Positions 42,588-53,573 of a DNA stretch of 64,000 bases are shown here, piece by piece. The DNA comes from Fibrobacterales bacterium (lineage in GTDB: Bacteria > Fibrobacterota > Fibrobacteria > Fibrobacterales > JAOPTW01), in NCBI GenBank assembly GCA_051532055.1, contig JAOPTX010000003.1, positions 197,973-261,972 of the forward strand, in the 5' to 3' direction. Within the stretch, counting starts at the first letter, position 1. Every line of letters starts with the position of its first letter. The notes under the pieces were generated by a model, which was given only the letters and a program-made list of their open reading frames with translations, was not told where the DNA came from and made no database searches. The translations under genes were made by a program, and so were the position numbers.

Positions 42588-44381
42588 CTATTCAGGTTGC
42601 ACACAGCGTGCCGATCTCCCGCCGGTTTTTGGATACTCAGTAGGTAGAAAAAGAATTGAGCTATAGGTTATTAAGCGAATCGACGCTTGGTAATAATTGT
42701 GCTCTGTAGCAGTCCAGAGGTATGATCTTTCCGTTAGATACGTATAGGTACCGTTTCCATTACGTATGCCACTGGGAAGAATAGTGAAACTGAAACTATC
42801 ATTTCCGTTGCCATTACTTCTCCATCCGGATGTACTTTTTAAATCGGTACCCGTATTAAACATGTCGATTTCTCTGTATTCACTTTGCGTTGGAATGCGC
42901 CATCCATTTGGGCAAAGACCTTGGTGGTTCTCATCAGTGCCACCCCATTCTTGGGTATTATATTGGGCACCAATATCCATGAGTTCGGACCAGTCATAGA
43001 GACGACCATAAGTATCACAATGGGCGGCATCGGTATGATCGGGTTGATCAAAGCAATATCCATAGACAAATGTCTTCGTTCCATTGTTATCATCTCCGGA
43101 GTAGTTTAAGTTTTCGGCCATCCATTTTAGATCTGAGTATAAAACATAGCGATATGTTTGACCATCACGGGCATCACAAAATTCTGAATCAGGTGAATAG
43201 GGTGAACCATCACATAAATTAAAAAGTGTTGTATCTGCACAAAATTGAATAGTTGGATCAAAACTTTGGTCACCGCATAAATCAAAGAGCTGGTCATTGT
43301 AACAAAATTGCTCAGTGGGTACAAAAATAGCCCCATTACAGCGGGTATGAAGCTGTAGATTGTAGCAGAAGAGTGAACCTTCGGGGGCGTAAGGAGAATC
43401 TCCACACATTGCTTTGGGCCAACCCACCGTTTGATTATTGCAGGTCACAATGAGACTGTCTCCTGCGGGGTTCTCACTCGTTACACAATTGGTCCCATTG
43501 GTACCTTGAGCGCCGACCGAACCATCTGCACCATTAGTGATTTGAACGTTGGTGCCGTCTTCACACGAAACGGTATAGGACCCATCCGGATTGTTTATAG
43601 TAGAACATGAAGAACCATCAGTGCCGTCCTTTCCGGCAATACCGAGTGCACCATCCGAAAGAGTCACTGCTGACCCATCTTCACAGCTGATAGTGTATGT
43701 ACCATTGTTATTGTTAATGGAGATACATGAGCTCCCAGGGGTTCCTGGGGCGCCTTTGTCGCCATCTTCACCATTGGTAATCATAACTGAAGTACCATCC
43801 TCACAGGCGAGGGTGTATCCTGATGGGAAAGTGTCACTAATAGTACAAGAATTTCCGTTCAAACCTCGTTGGCCTGCTGTTCCAGGGTTCTCTTGAGTAC
43901 CAACTGAGCCATGCATTATGGTGTCAATTGTAATAGAGTCACAAACGATTTCAACTCCTTCTGCAATGGCGTATCCGTTACACGAGGTTCCATCATTACC
44001 ATCAGCGCCCTTAGCTCCCGGAGAACCTTGTGGACCTTGGAGCCCTTGTACGCCATCTGGACCAGTTTGCCCAGTTTCTCCTTGTTGCCCAGAGATAGTA
44101 ATAGATTCATAACCTGAAGCGTAGCAGCCAATAAATTCTTTTGTTTCTACGACATAAAAGAGCTGGCCAATACGTGAAGAATCACAAGAGGGGAGGTCAG
44201 AGCTTTTTAAAACAAATTTTGCACCAAAGGATACTTGTGAGGATGTGTCGATATTTAGTTGCTCAGCGGTAGTACTCGCCGGTTCATTCGCTCCAGAGAG
44301 GGGAGTGTCTTGAGAGCTACAAGCCATAATTAGCTGGAGTAAAGAAAAGAGTATACAGGTATGATTTATATAATTACGCAT
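42588..44381 (-). CDS. Lipoprotein with collagen-like Gly-X-Y repeats, Cys-hairpin repeats and FISUMP domain
   Basis: IMAC lipobox; GQQGETGQTGPDGVQGLQGPQG; DARDGQTY..WMAENLNY; CPNGWRIP; SARCV. Confidence 0.85.
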   Translation of the reverse strand: MRNYINHTCILFSLLQLIMACSSQDTPLSGANEPASTTAEQLNIDTSSQVSFGAKFVLKSSDLPSCDSSRIGQLFYVVETKEFIGCYASGYESITISGQQGETGQTGPDGVQGLQGPQGSPGAKGADGNDGTSCNGYAIAEGVEIVCDSITIDTIMHGSVGTQENPGTAGQRGLNGNSCTISDTFPSGYTLACEDGTSVMITNGEDGDKGAPGTPGSSCISINNNNGTYTISCEDGSAVTLSDGALGIAGKDGTDGSSCSTINNPDGSYTVSCEDGTNVQITNGADGSVGAQGTNGTNCVTSENPAGDSLIVTCNNQTVGWPKAMCGDSPYAPEGSLFCYNLQLHTRCNGAIFVPTEQFCYNDQLFDLCGDQSFDPTIQFCADTTLFNLCDGSPYSPDSEFCDARDGQTYRYVLYSDLKWMAENLNYSGDDNNGTKTFVYGYCFDQPDHTDAAHCDTYGRLYDWSELMDIGAQYNTQEWGGTDENHQGLCPNGWRIPTQSEYREIDMFNTGTDLKSTSGWRSNGNGNDSFSFTILPSGIRNGNGTYTYLTERSYLWTATEHNYYQASIRLITYSSILFLPTEYPKTGGRSARCVQPE

Positions 44382-44388
44382 AAGTCCT

Positions 44389-46170
44389 CTAGGGAGTGTC
44401 TTTTAGGCAACGAGCCGAAAATCCGTATGTTCTTGGTAAACTATTCGCTTCGAATGTGTCTTTATTATAATAGAGGAAGTTTCTCCAGGCATCTTTTGTG
44501 TATGCTGTAGTACTACTCCACCAACCGCTTACGCTACCCATAAGGCCGTAGGATCCATCTGATAGTCTGTTACCGGTGGGAATTGCGTTAAAGCCGTGTT
44601 CATTAGTGCCGTTTCCTTGGTCCCACCAGCTATGGGTGCTTTTGAGGGTGTATCCATACTCCCATCCACCAATGGCATCTCGCAATGGCCAAAAGTCTCT
44701 CCGAGCGGGTAAGTGCCAATTCGCAGGGCAGAGTCCTGTATGATTGATGTCGGATCCGTTCCATGGGGTATTGAGGTACATTGAATCAATGTCCATTATC
44801 GTTGTCCATTGATAAAACCGTCCAAAAGAGTCGCAGTGAGTGTTATTGCTGTGGTCTAAAGAACCCCAGCAAAATCCTAAGGAATCAATTTTATTTCCGA
44901 CGCCATCATCACCAGAATAATTAAGGTTTTTTGCCATCCAGGTTTGACTGCCTATTATTACAAATGGGTATACCGCTCCATCGCGGGTATCGCACAGTTC
45001 ATGAGCTGGATTATAAAGTGAATCATTACAAGGTTCATGAATATTGTTATTAAAGCATGATTGGGTTGAAGGATCAAAAATTAAACCACTACATTTATCA
45101 TAAATGATCCCAGCATTACAAAATTGTTCGTTGGGGAGGTAGGAAATTGCATTACATTTTGTATAGAGGGATGTCTCAAAACAGAAACTGGTTTGTGGAT
45201 TATATGCAGTGGTATTGCACAGGGCTTTTGGCCACCCGACAGTAGTACCTGCACAAGTTTGAATAATGCTATCTCCTACACTATTTTCAGTAACAGTACA
45301 ATCTACACCTGGAGCTCCAATAGCACCCTGAACACCAATGTTCCCATTGGTAAGTGGTACAATTAACCCATCGCTGCACTCTATTTGAGAGTGTGATACT
45401 TGTGTTGTTATAGTACACGTCATACCGTTTGAACCACTCTCTCCTTGCGCACCCTGGTGTCCATCTTGTACAGGGATACTTGTTCCATCATTACAGTTGA
45501 GGCTGGTTGAACCCTCGCTATCGGTTACTATCGTACATGATTTTCCCGAATCGCCTTGAATTCCTGGTAAGCCGTCATGTCCATCGTGAATGAGAGTTGT
45601 CGACCCGTTATTACAGGTTAGTGCATAGGTGCCATCATGGTTGTTAATTATAGTACATGAACGATTTGCTGAACCGGTGTCCCCAGGAACTCCCTGTAGC
45701 CCTGATTCAAAAACTGAACCATGTAAAAGGCTGTCAAAATCAATACCATTTTTCTGTATTACGATACCAGAAGGTATAATATGAGCGGTATAGTGGGCTC
45801 CGTGATCTCCAGCAACACCATTTTCTCCTCCTACCCCCGGTAGGCCTATTGAACCAGTCGGTCCCGATGCACCGGTATCACCTGTTGGACCATGGAGGGT
45901 AAATAGATGATACTCGGTACCTGTGCAGGCGTTAAATTCACCCGTATTAATGGCATAATAGATGTATCCAGTAGTTAGTGAATCACAGAGAGGAAGTTCG
46001 CTATCGGTGTTTACAAAATAGAACCTGTCCGCATAATTTTGTGGAGTTTGATCAAGAAAACTATCTGCAGGAATATCTTGTGGTGTACCCTGAGATACAG
46101 GAGAACTGTTGTTACTACAAGAGAGTAAACCGCTTACAATTAGTACGAATAAAAAAGAACAATATTTCAT
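44389..46170 (-). CDS. Paralogous collagen-like/FISUMP lipoprotein
   Basis: LLSC lipobox after ATG 46170; GPTGDTGASGPTG; DTRDGAVY..WMAKNLNY; SARCL. Confidence 0.85.
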   Translation of the reverse strand: MKYCSFLFVLIVSGLLSCSNNSSPVSQGTPQDIPADSFLDQTPQNYADRFYFVNTDSELPLCDSLTTGYIYYAINTGEFNACTGTEYHLFTLHGPTGDTGASGPTGSIGLPGVGGENGVAGDHGAHYTAHIIPSGIVIQKNGIDFDSLLHGSVFESGLQGVPGDTGSANRSCTIINNHDGTYALTCNNGSTTLIHDGHDGLPGIQGDSGKSCTIVTDSEGSTSLNCNDGTSIPVQDGHQGAQGESGSNGMTCTITTQVSHSQIECSDGLIVPLTNGNIGVQGAIGAPGVDCTVTENSVGDSIIQTCAGTTVGWPKALCNTTAYNPQTSFCFETSLYTKCNAISYLPNEQFCNAGIIYDKCSGLIFDPSTQSCFNNNIHEPCNDSLYNPAHELCDTRDGAVYPFVIIGSQTWMAKNLNYSGDDGVGNKIDSLGFCWGSLDHSNNTHCDSFGRFYQWTTIMDIDSMYLNTPWNGSDINHTGLCPANWHLPARRDFWPLRDAIGGWEYGYTLKSTHSWWDQGNGTNEHGFNAIPTGNRLSDGSYGLMGSVSGWWSSTTAYTKDAWRNFLYYNKDTFEANSLPRTYGFSARCLKDTP

Positions 46171-46526
46171 AGATAAACCATAGGGTGTTGGCTTAAGATA
46201 GCTTTGTTCATTCAGAATCCAATGTATATCCCGTTCTATTAGGGATTGTAAATAAAAGATTACGGTTTTATTTCTTACAAAATATGCTCTGAATCTATAC
46301 ATTTTACAAATTGAGACATTGGTATACTTGTTTGAGGTGATTTACTTGACTATGATGAAATGTAGCGGCACTTTCGATAAAAAATTAACCGATTGATCTT
46401 CATTATGTATATTTTACATATACTGCCTGTGTAACTCGTCTGGGATGTACTTTGAGGCACGGTAGTAGTAACGCACATATCAGAATCTTGTTTTTGAGTG
46501 ACGTTTCACAAATTATAGGGGCAGCC

Positions 46527-48305
46527 ATGAATACTCGTATCTATTTATTATCAATACTTCTGTTTTTACTTGTTGGATGTGGAGACAATTCGAGCGCAAT
46601 AGATGCGCTTTCTTCTGATCTTGTAGATGGAGAAAGTAGCGTAGTGGAGTCGAGTGATACCCCGTTAAGTAGTGAAGGGGATGTTGCAGAACAACCGAGC
46701 TCTGACGGTGATACTCAGAATGCTGATACGAGTTCATCATCGGAAAACTTAGGTGATACGGATTCTTCGGATGAATCCGTTTCTTCCCACGATGATACTC
46801 CTGATGAAGTGAGTTCAAGTACTGGTTCGGATATAGAATATAGTTCACCACGAGTGACCAGCTGTAGTCCTTTTGCTGGTTCGTATCCTCATGCAACTGA
46901 GGTCGATACTGAGCCTGTTTATGCAATTTTTGTTGATGGGGATATTCCCGTTGGGAGCAAGCGGGCAACAGCTACACTCAATGATAATGGAATGCTCAAT
47001 ATTGATACTTCAGCTACGTATGCACAAAATTCAGCAAGTAACCGTTGGGCGACCCCAGATCAAGTTGAGTGTGCTGAGCTTACTGAAGGCAACAAAGGTT
47101 GGCTTTTTGATGTCAACCGCCTCACACGGGAAGATAGCACTCGGGTCGATGGGTTTTTTATGGTTCATAGTATGGGGTGGAGAACGGTTAATTTGTCATC
47201 AGTCACTGCACTTAAATTTGATGTAAAAGCGACCCAGCCATTATCTATCTCGGTTGAGTCTACAAACCTTGAGGAGGTCACACACTCTGGAACGACGACT
47301 ATCACAGAACACACCGATGGAGAGTGGCATAGTGTCACTATACCCGTGGCAGAATTTGGCGCTGATATTGAGTGGGAGTTTACCCGGATATTTTTTAAAG
47401 TAGGGGGTCTCACAGAAGATGGCCCTATATACATAGATAATATGCGGTATGCTGGATATGTAGAGAATAGTAAACCAGTAATTAAAGGCGATACTGAGAT
47501 TGCTGTATCGGGTGTTGGTAACACCGAAGCTATTACCCTTACCTACAGTGATGACGATGATGATGAAGCCCAATGGACGGTTTTATCAGAACCATCATTT
47601 GGTACGGTTTCAATTTCTACAAATGCTGATGGAGATATTGAGGTATCATACACTAATACTGATGACTCTTCTGTTGATGCCTTTAAAATTGAGTTTCACG
47701 ATGGGCATAAAAACTATATCAGAAAAAGTTTTTCGGTATCAGTATCCGGTGGTCTTGTGAAGCCAATAGGGGTATACACTGATAATAATGATGACGCATT
47801 TGTACCGTTGAGTCTTGTTGGTTGGTGGCAAGGTGGCGGGAGCGAAAAAGAGTCTGACCGCGAAGGGGTTGCGGGTGATATGTTGTGGGATGGTGGAGCA
47901 GGGAGTGGAGGTATCTACTTTGATTTTACCCCTTCTGGGTTTATTGATATCGGCGACATGGAGACCCTCTCCTTTGATATTAATTTTTATGATACCGCAT
48001 CAACCGAATGGGGCTTAGACAAAGTGTTGTTTATCGTTTCCCTTGAAGATAAAATGGCACAACCGACAACTGAGTGGAGTCGCTATGCTGTTGAGTATTC
48101 GGCGGTGGATGATATTCCCCTAAATGATGAGTGGCAGACTATTACCATTGATCTCCAGCACGGAAGCGAGACGCTCTCTTATACCAATAGTTCGGGGACC
48201 CTTGTCACTACAGATAAGGAAAACATTATGACGTTTTCTATTGGGATTTATAATGGTGGTGGTAGTTTTCAACTGGATAACGTAGTGTTTAACCCGAAAG
48301 AGTAA
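46527..48305 (+). CDS. Lipoprotein with two carbohydrate-binding-like beta-sandwich domains flanking an Ig-like domain
   Basis: LVGC lipobox; LKFDVK...WHSVTIPV...IYIDN and LSFDI...WQTITIDL...QLDNVVF. Confidence 0.65.
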   Translation: MNTRIYLLSILLFLLVGCGDNSSAIDALSSDLVDGESSVVESSDTPLSSEGDVAEQPSSDGDTQNADTSSSSENLGDTDSSDESVSSHDDTPDEVSSSTGSDIEYSSPRVTSCSPFAGSYPHATEVDTEPVYAIFVDGDIPVGSKRATATLNDNGMLNIDTSATYAQNSASNRWATPDQVECAELTEGNKGWLFDVNRLTREDSTRVDGFFMVHSMGWRTVNLSSVTALKFDVKATQPLSISVESTNLEEVTHSGTTTITEHTDGEWHSVTIPVAEFGADIEWEFTRIFFKVGGLTEDGPIYIDNMRYAGYVENSKPVIKGDTEIAVSGVGNTEAITLTYSDDDDDEAQWTVLSEPSFGTVSISTNADGDIEVSYTNTDDSSVDAFKIEFHDGHKNYIRKSFSVSVSGGLVKPIGVYTDNNDDAFVPLSLVGWWQGGGSEKESDREGVAGDMLWDGGAGSGGIYFDFTPSGFIDIGDMETLSFDINFYDTASTEWGLDKVLFIVSLEDKMAQPTTEWSRYAVEYSAVDDIPLNDEWQTITIDLQHGSETLSYTNSSGTLVTTDKENIMTFSIGIYNGGGSFQLDNVVFNPKE

Positions 48306-48353
48306 TCGAAATCTGGCACATCGGTTGCATACTATCTGTAAAGGCCTTTATAC

Positions 48354-49367
48354 CTATTCTTGAATACTCATACCGGTCTCAACAACGATCCCTTTAAAGA
48401 TATTGGCAGCGGAGGTAATGTGACTCATATCTGCATTAATCTCCCCATCTGCACCTGAGATATGGCCATGGCCAATGAGCTTTGCCAAAACGAGAGTGGT
48501 ATTTCCGTTGAGATTGGCAGAATAGACCAGTGACGGTTGACCATTGGGATTCTTAACATAGGTGGAATCATTGGCAAAATTATTTTTATTAAAGTGGTCA
48601 TTAAAGTCGAATGATCTATTGTATTCAATCATGAGTTTCAGTGATGGGTCTGGAGAATATTTTGAAAGAACAGAATAACCGGTTAATGGCGTTGCTCCTG
48701 AAACGGCATCAGAAACTGCACTGCTTGAGTCGGGCATCATTAACCCATCGGCAGATTTGATATTACGTGCATGACTCCAAACGGGTAAGGCGCCTGGACG
48801 ACGATTCTTACCACCGCTATAGTTACCCGTTGCTGATTTTCCTGAGATATAGAGTGTTTCAATATATTGGCCGGCCTCATCTTGAAGCCATACAGCAACC
48901 TGAGGGATAAGGGTAAGTATGCGTCCATCAGGGAGTTTTTTCTTTGTGAGATATTGAGAGCCTGCCCTAAAATCGATTTTAATAGTTCTACCTGTTTCTT
49001 TAGATTTCGTTGTTATCACATACTCTGTTTTCTTACTGATTTCGTCCTGTTGACGCATGGACTTGCCGAAGTCAATCACATACTTAAACGGTGGGACAGA
49101 GAATAGAGCGCCCGCTAATACACAGCCTATAACAATAGGGAGTAGCAGTGAAAAAATGCGCGTCTTATTATTTTTACAGTAATTGACTAAAGGCTTATAG
49201 TTATTAAAGATATGGAACAAAGTAGCACCGACAAACAAGAGGCTAAATATTGTGTGAACAGCCGATAAGTTATCGTCATATTTGGTGAAATAACTCATAA
49301 TGCCCGTCACCGCCATACCCATAAATATAAGTGCGATGGTGATTGATACAATTGCTCTGATTTTCAT
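48354..49367 (-). CDS. Membrane protein: DUF4405-like TM domain plus DUF2271-like periplasmic domain
   Basis: VTGI...VHT...FHI helices; PQVAVWLQDEAGQYIETLY, RRPGALPVWSH, DAVSGATP, GQPSLVY. Confidence 0.65.
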   Translation of the reverse strand: MKIRAIVSITIALIFMGMAVTGIMSYFTKYDDNLSAVHTIFSLLFVGATLFHIFNNYKPLVNYCKNNKTRIFSLLLPIVIGCVLAGALFSVPPFKYVIDFGKSMRQQDEISKKTEYVITTKSKETGRTIKIDFRAGSQYLTKKKLPDGRILTLIPQVAVWLQDEAGQYIETLYISGKSATGNYSGGKNRRPGALPVWSHARNIKSADGLMMPDSSSAVSDAVSGATPLTGYSVLSKYSPDPSLKLMIEYNRSFDFNDHFNKNNFANDSTYVKNPNGQPSLVYSANLNGNTTLVLAKLIGHGHISGADGEINADMSHITSAANIFKGIVVETGMSIQE

Positions 49368-49582
49368 AACAGTGTTTCTCTTGGTTTTATTGGGTGGCAC
49401 GGAAGATTTAATCTTTATACAATTCTACAGTATATAAAATGATCGACTTCATTGCAATTCAGGAGCTGTAGGAGTTACGAGTATGTACTAATGAATTGGG
49501 AACTGGATATAGCAGAATGTGAGTCTTGACCTGTTGGAATTGCTCCAGGTTCTCTCTCGTTGGGTAGTATATAAAATATCTA

Positions 49583-50713
49583 TCAATCACTCAAAAGGGA
49601 ATTTAAAATATCAACCGGTGTATCGCTATGCATCGAGATTCCTGGGTAAGTATACCAAGAGCCACCCGTATTATTATGAACATGTGAATTCTCGAGAACA
49701 ATATTTCCAGAATGATCATTTGATACAAAGAAAATTCCAGAGCCAAAAGCAATAACATTATTGTTGGTTATTTCACTCCCGCACAGAGTGAGGGTCATTG
49801 TCTGTCCATCGTTATAAATGGCTCCTCCACTCCCTCCACCAGGGGTGCCTTCTTGTGCAGGGTTCCCTCCATTACCGGTACCATAGTTATGAGAAAAAAA
49901 AGAATTAATGATTGTCCAACTCACTCCAATACTTGAAAGGGCGCCGCCATTAGATGCGTAATTTCCCAGAGAATCAGCGCCACCAAATAGTGAATTCACC
50001 ACATACACGGGCTTATCTTCAAATTGACTCAATACACGTATTGCGCCTCCACCAACATCGGGTCCTAATTGTTGAGCAGTATTATTAAAAAACTGGGAAT
50101 TAACTACTTTTAAGCGCCCTCCGCGCACCCAAATTGCACCTCCTCCATCGTATTCATTTTCGTTACGGGCATTTCCATTAATAAAGGCAAGGTTTTGTAC
50201 CGTAAGCCGTGGATGATCTTGGTTTTGACAATGCGCTGTGGTCCACACCTGATTGGGGTCACAGGTATTCATATAGAGGATTCTACTGGTGCCAGAGCCA
50301 CTGAGGGTAATGAGTTCACCGCCATCTATAATCACTTCGGGAGATGCATCATTTACGACTTTCGCTGGTTCTGTAAGTTCAATAGTATGGGGGGCGCTTC
50401 CACAATCAAATACAATGACCCCTCCCTGCGAAACAGCCTCAATAAACGCTTCTGCAGTACAACTTTCAGGAGTTCCCTCTCCTACAACTCTATCAGGTGA
50501 GTCTATAGGTTCTTCCTGCGCTTCCTCAGGTATTGTACAAGTGGTAACCTGTTCACTAAAGCGATCATTGAGTGTTTTTTGATACGCATCTATGGGATTT
50601 ATGATGATGGTTGAAGGCGGTTCTTTTTGATCGTCACTTGCTGTTGATGAAGTGCACCCGGTAAGAGCTATACCGTATGTAATTGATAGTAAAAGACTCA
50701 CTAATAATTTCAT
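49583..50713 (-). CDS. Lipoprotein with right-handed parallel beta-helix (Pmp-like GGAI repeats)
   Basis: LTGC lipobox; GEGTPESCT, GGVIVFDCG; GGGAIW, GGGAIR, GGAIYN repeats. Confidence 0.75.
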   Translation of the reverse strand: MKLLVSLLLSITYGIALTGCTSSTASDDQKEPPSTIIINPIDAYQKTLNDRFSEQVTTCTIPEEAQEEPIDSPDRVVGEGTPESCTAEAFIEAVSQGGVIVFDCGSAPHTIELTEPAKVVNDASPEVIIDGGELITLSGSGTSRILYMNTCDPNQVWTTAHCQNQDHPRLTVQNLAFINGNARNENEYDGGGAIWVRGGRLKVVNSQFFNNTAQQLGPDVGGGAIRVLSQFEDKPVYVVNSLFGGADSLGNYASNGGALSSIGVSWTIINSFFSHNYGTGNGGNPAQEGTPGGGSGGAIYNDGQTMTLTLCGSEITNNNVIAFGSGIFFVSNDHSGNIVLENSHVHNNTGGSWYTYPGISMHSDTPVDILNSLLSD

Positions 50714-50817
50714 TGAATACCATTCCTCGATGCGTGTCTTTCTTATAAGATAGAAACTTATATTTCACTATACAGGTGGGGAGGTGAACGGCTATGAAAA
50801 TGTGTTGAACGGCAGGT

Positions 50818-52569
50818 CTACAGTTTATTTATTAGAGATTGATTCCCGTAAGAAAGGGAAATCCATGCATCTGAGCGTACTACTGATGAGACTCTGAACT
50901 CATCTATGATCCCATCATAATTTTCACTCAGTAACTCATTTGATCCAATGTAAAAATGAGCGATTGAGCCCATTGGCTGTAAGGCATCTACCTTGTGTAA
51001 AACCATTTCTCCATTTATATAGATCTTCATATCACCGGTAAGTCGATTCGAAGTAAACACATAGTAATTCCAGGAGTCTTGCCAGAATGTTGAAGCGATT
51101 TCACCATCGAGGCGATCATACGTTAATGTGTCTGGGCGCACATAGTGATTGAGAGTTCCCACATCCCAATAGACGTGATTGTCATCCCATGGTGCATGTG
51201 CCGTTACTATTCGTTCACCTGATGAATCAACCGCTTTGAACAGATGATCTCGTTGAGGCTGCATTGCACCATCACCATAGATCCACAGTGCAATGGTAAT
51301 TTGGTCGGAGACCGATGTAAAATGTTCCATGGGAAGTTCAACATAATCATCACCTTCAAAATCAATCCCCTGAGAAATGATTCCTGGAACTGACTGTATT
51401 CCCTGGTGTGTTGCTGTGTCGTTATGCGTTGCATCAGATAGGGGGGCAAGAGTATTCAGGTGCCATACACTTAAAAAGTCTTGATCAATTGAAAACACAG
51501 CGCTGCTGGTACTGATATTTTCCACAGAGCTGTTCCCCAAGGCAAGTGTTATGGATACGATGCTATCTGGCGAAATAAGAGGAATGCGAACCCATAATTC
51601 TCCTACACCTTCTTGACTATTCCAATAGGCAATTTCATGATTGAGTGGAGCTAACCCGAGGGTATCGAGTGAAACTCTGATGTCACCACCATCGATTTGA
51701 GCAGTAGAAAAATCAAACAATGTTGAATCGAGCCGTACCAATAAGGGGAAATCTGATACGGGTTCAGTAATGGGTACACCGGATTGGGTCGTGTTAATTT
51801 CGATCTGTATGCGATGCCCCCAATTACAGTTACCCAAAGAAGTACAGGCCGTAAGGCTACAATCTATAGCGTCTGCCACACATTGTTCCGGTAGCGTATC
51901 AAGTGGTAGATCAGATAATAATAGGAGAGAAAGAGTGTCTCCCGAAATAATCTGTACCGCAGTATCAAGGAGCTGATGAGTATTTAGAGAAAGGGAATCA
52001 AACAGGAGAAGGGTGGTGAGTGTTCCTGCCGGAATGCCGTGAAAGTGAAGCAGAGTGTCGCCCTTGGTAATCTGAGTATACAGGAGTGTACCCGGAATAT
52101 ACGCCAGTCCTCCTGATTGTATGAGGGAGGTATCGAGAGGGAGCGAGAGGCTCCCTGCTTCTGTCAGGGTATCGGTCAGAGTAACCGTCGAATCTTGAGC
52201 TATGGCTATGCTAGGGGAGGCAGCGGTGTAGTGTTGTAACGTGTCGAGAAAGAAAAGGCGATAGGTGCCTTCCGGAACATTGGTAAATTGAAAGATACCC
52301 GCGCTATCGGTCGCTGTTGTAAACAGGAGGGTGTCTGATGATAATGGAATATACTCATTATCGAGTAGGGTGACTTGCGCTGCACGAGCTGCGATGCCGT
52401 TTTGTGTATAGAGCGTCCCTTCTATAGTGGTTGTTGTATCGGCAGTTATAGGGTTTTCTACTTCAATTGACCCTCCTTTTGATACATCGGTACTCACGCT
52501 ACAGTGCATTAATCCAGACAGAGCGAATATACAGAGAAGTAGGCTTGCTCTATTATGAGTCATCATCAC
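50818..52569 (-). CDS. Lipoprotein: carboxypeptidase-regulatory-like domain, DUF2341 domain and LamG domain
   Basis: LMHC lipobox; TDSAGIFQFTNVPEGTY; DFPLLVRLD..FDFS..Q.DGGDIR...WVRIP; YDGIIDEFRVS..RS..WI. Confidence 0.8.
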   Translation of the reverse strand: MMMTHNRASLLLCIFALSGLMHCSVSTDVSKGGSIEVENPITADTTTTIEGTLYTQNGIAARAAQVTLLDNEYIPLSSDTLLFTTATDSAGIFQFTNVPEGTYRLFFLDTLQHYTAASPSIAIAQDSTVTLTDTLTEAGSLSLPLDTSLIQSGGLAYIPGTLLYTQITKGDTLLHFHGIPAGTLTTLLLFDSLSLNTHQLLDTAVQIISGDTLSLLLLSDLPLDTLPEQCVADAIDCSLTACTSLGNCNWGHRIQIEINTTQSGVPITEPVSDFPLLVRLDSTLFDFSTAQIDGGDIRVSLDTLGLAPLNHEIAYWNSQEGVGELWVRIPLISPDSIVSITLALGNSSVENISTSSAVFSIDQDFLSVWHLNTLAPLSDATHNDTATHQGIQSVPGIISQGIDFEGDDYVELPMEHFTSVSDQITIALWIYGDGAMQPQRDHLFKAVDSSGERIVTAHAPWDDNHVYWDVGTLNHYVRPDTLTYDRLDGEIASTFWQDSWNYYVFTSNRLTGDMKIYINGEMVLHKVDALQPMGSIAHFYIGSNELLSENYDGIIDEFRVSSVVRSDAWISLSYGNQSLINKL

Positions 52570-53380
52570 CTCGTGATTTTGTCAAAGGGAACATATGAAA
52601 ATTAGTTTGTACTACACGATTTGGTTTGTTTACTTTATCGACTCTCGCCCGAATTTTTTCACGGGTTTCCTGCATAATATGTTGTAAATCTTTTAGGCAC
52701 TCATCATCTACTGCAAGGGTCATACCGCTGATGTCACGCTCTTTGCGGGGAGATTCATAGAGTGATTTATTTGCAAGTTCAATCATCTGACTATGATACT
52801 GTTTAACCGCAGTAGGGTGTATGGGAATCCCGGATTTTAAATGTCGATCTTTTGTAATAACCAACCCATTTGCATCCTCTTCAATAAGATTGAGTTGTTC
52901 AAGGAGGAGTAATGCTTCTTGAGCTTCAGATTCTTTTATAGTAGGGGAAAAGAGTGTGCCTAGTTTGTTATTGGAGCGAACGGTGCCGGTTCGTACGAGT
53001 GCCCAGAGTGCACTGTAGTACCATTTGTGGTAGAATTCGTATTGAGCGGTTTTTATGGTGAGGGATTCAACACCTCTAATTGACTGCATGGTTTCATAGT
53101 ATCGAGCCTTCTCAATTTCATCAGTTGATTTGGTGAAGTGAAAGAGTGCTTCAAAAAAGCGTGCCTCTTTAGGGAGTAATTTGCAGAACACTATGGCTTT
53201 AGAAATTTTTGTTTTTTTTAAGTGAAGCTCTCCCTTGCATACCTTTGAGAGAAAACTACCATCAACATCGATACTTTTTCCCATCATTCTAAAAGAAATA
53301 CGGGAATTCACTTTCTTACTCTCGATGTAAAAGTCGTTCAGAAAGTTCCGATAATCATGGTATTCATAGAGGTTAAGCAT
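52553..53380 (-). CDS. TIGR02147 family protein (DUF4423), Fibrobacter paralogous family with N-terminal HTH-like region
   Basis: YEYHDYRNFLNDFY, SFRMM...SFLSKV.KG, YEFYHKWYYSAL, ERDISGMTL, VVQTNFHMFPL. Confidence 0.85.
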   Translation of the reverse strand: MLNLYEYHDYRNFLNDFYIESKKVNSRISFRMMGKSIDVDGSFLSKVCKGELHLKKTKISKAIVFCKLLPKEARFFEALFHFTKSTDEIEKARYYETMQSIRGVESLTIKTAQYEFYHKWYYSALWALVRTGTVRSNNKLGTLFSPTIKESEAQEALLLLEQLNLIEEDANGLVITKDRHLKSGIPIHPTAVKQYHSQMIELANKSLYESPRKERDISGMTLAVDDECLKDLQHIMQETREKIRARVDKVNKPNRVVQTNFHMFPLTKSRGDDDS

Positions 53381-53573
53381 GGGTTGAATATATCTATTTT
53401 AAAACACTATTTCTATGATAAAATCGTGTTTTAAATGATAAAATCCAAAGTTTAGGCCTAATGAGACCTCCTGTGGGGAGTGTGGAATATCTCATTACTA
53501 TTTTGCATGATTTCCTCAAATATCCCAATACACTCCTGATTGTTGTCCTCAAAAATATAAAAAACGATCAATG

